From contig NW_003314282.1 of assembly GCF_000143415.4 (NCBI RefSeq), forward strand, positions 759,872 through 823,871: DNA of 64,000 bases. Reading direction: 5' to 3'. Every line of letters starts with the position of its first letter. The first letter of the stretch is position 1. Under the pieces are notes generated by a model that made no database searches, was not told the origin of the DNA, and saw nothing but the letters and a program-made list of their open reading frames with translations. The translations under genes were made by a program, and so were the position numbers. Source of the stretch: Selaginella moellendorffii. Taxonomy: Eukaryota; Plantae; Lycopodiophyta. Positions 62,985-64,000 of this stretch are shown one piece after another.

Positions 62985-63425
62985 TTTGCTCACGCCTACA
63001 AAGTAGTTCCATCTCATGTGACGATCAAAAAGCGAATTTTTTCGTGGCTTCCTACATGGGACCTCGCTGCCATATCATCTGGAGGGAAATTTGTATGTGG
63101 TCTGGAATGGCAATCGTTTCCCAATATGATGGGGCAATCTCGAAACGTTTTTTAAATGTTAGCTATATAGTCATAAGCAGTGGTGCAAGCCATGCGTGTG
63201 CAATACGAAGCTACGACAATAGAGGGGTCTACAAGCCTTCGTGTTGATCTCATCTGGAAGTGTTTTTTCTTGTGGCCTCACTATAGATGGAGCAACAGTC
63301 TGCTGGGGAGAAGTGCCAGATGCAATTTTGAAACCATTAAATTTTCAGAAATGGCTTTGTTTGCTGCAGTGCATGTAATATGTGGAATCACAGCTCAAGC
63401 AGGAGAAAGTCTCTGCTCGGGAGGT
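62985..63425 (+). pseudogene. CRINKLY4-type (crinkly/RCC1-like repeat) ectodomain relic
   Basis: Across frames: ISSGGKFVCGL, ISSGASHACAI, SSGSVFSCGL..GATVCWG and HVICGI..GESLC. Confidence 0.65.
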
Positions 63426-64000
63426 AAAGAGACCAATCCCAATGCTGCAATTCCTCCTCTTGGTCTCAAGTAGCTTACATAACTGGAGGATTCTTCCATA
63501 CTTGCTGCGTGCAGACAATCACCAAGTCATATGGTTGGGATTGCGCAACTTGAGTGTGTCCCCTTACCACTGAATATACTAGCTATATTTTAATATAGTC
63601 GCTTTATTATTATTATAAAAAATATATTTGGTTTAGAATGAGCACATGAAAGAAATCACACACAAAATCTATCCTGCTCTTTTTACAATGTCTTTGAGCT
63701 TGATGTATATGCAATTATAATGTTAGTTGAGTCAATTTTGTACTGGTTCAAATACAATAAAATGATGTGCTTGCAACTCTAGATTTGTTGATTTTGTACT
63801 CTTTTCTGGAAATCAAGATAATTTCTTGTATGTTTTTCCAATGTTATTCAGGAAAACATCCTTTTTATCCCCACTGTTAATATTCAGAATTTTTATGTGC
63901 ATCAGCAACATACTTTGCAACTTTTTCTGTATGTGAGAAAGAAGGTGCCAGCTAGTAGTCGAGGAAATTTTTAAATTTTTTTTTTTTTTTTTTTCTTTTT

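Noticed and set aside
1-64000. CRISPR array, rRNA or prokaryotic operon
   Set aside because: None seen; the repeats are kb-scale gene duplications in intron-containing plant DNA.

Overview
Eukaryotic, land-plant DNA with compact genes and very short (about 45-60 nt) GT-AG introns. The style suggests the lycophyte Selaginella, but this is an inference and was not verified. (1) 1-6.5 kb: a decayed Helitron Rep fragment embedded in a mosaic of host-gene pieces (macro domain, WDR82/Swd2, CWC15, nicotinamidase, ARF-GAP/C2, DUF2358). (2) 7.6-16.1 kb: a tandem duplication of a head-to-head RMI1 / oligopeptidase-B pair, with apparently reciprocal decay and an intronless kinase between the copies. (3) 16.2-50 kb: the most unusual part. 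It is an array of 8 genes (7 intact) for a signal-peptide-bearing, highly divergent PEBP (FT/TFL1/MFT-fold) protein. Most copies sit in a repeated cassette with an upstream 9-Cys nsLTP-like gene and a downstream second 9-Cys nsLTP-like gene or its remnant. Plus-strand and minus-strand copies face each other across a cytosolic HSP90. An ABCC transporter, a plant-mobile-domain-like gene and an F-box pseudogene are interspersed. (4) 50.8-58.1 kb: an unknown gene, a GH35 beta-galactosidase and a KEG-like kinase. (5) 58.3-64 kb: an AT-rich tract hiding a decayed bulb-type lectin gene, a secreted precursor with three tandem CC-x6-C-x3-C peptide cores, and a CRINKLY4-like relic. All family calls come from motif recognition by eye; no database searches were run.
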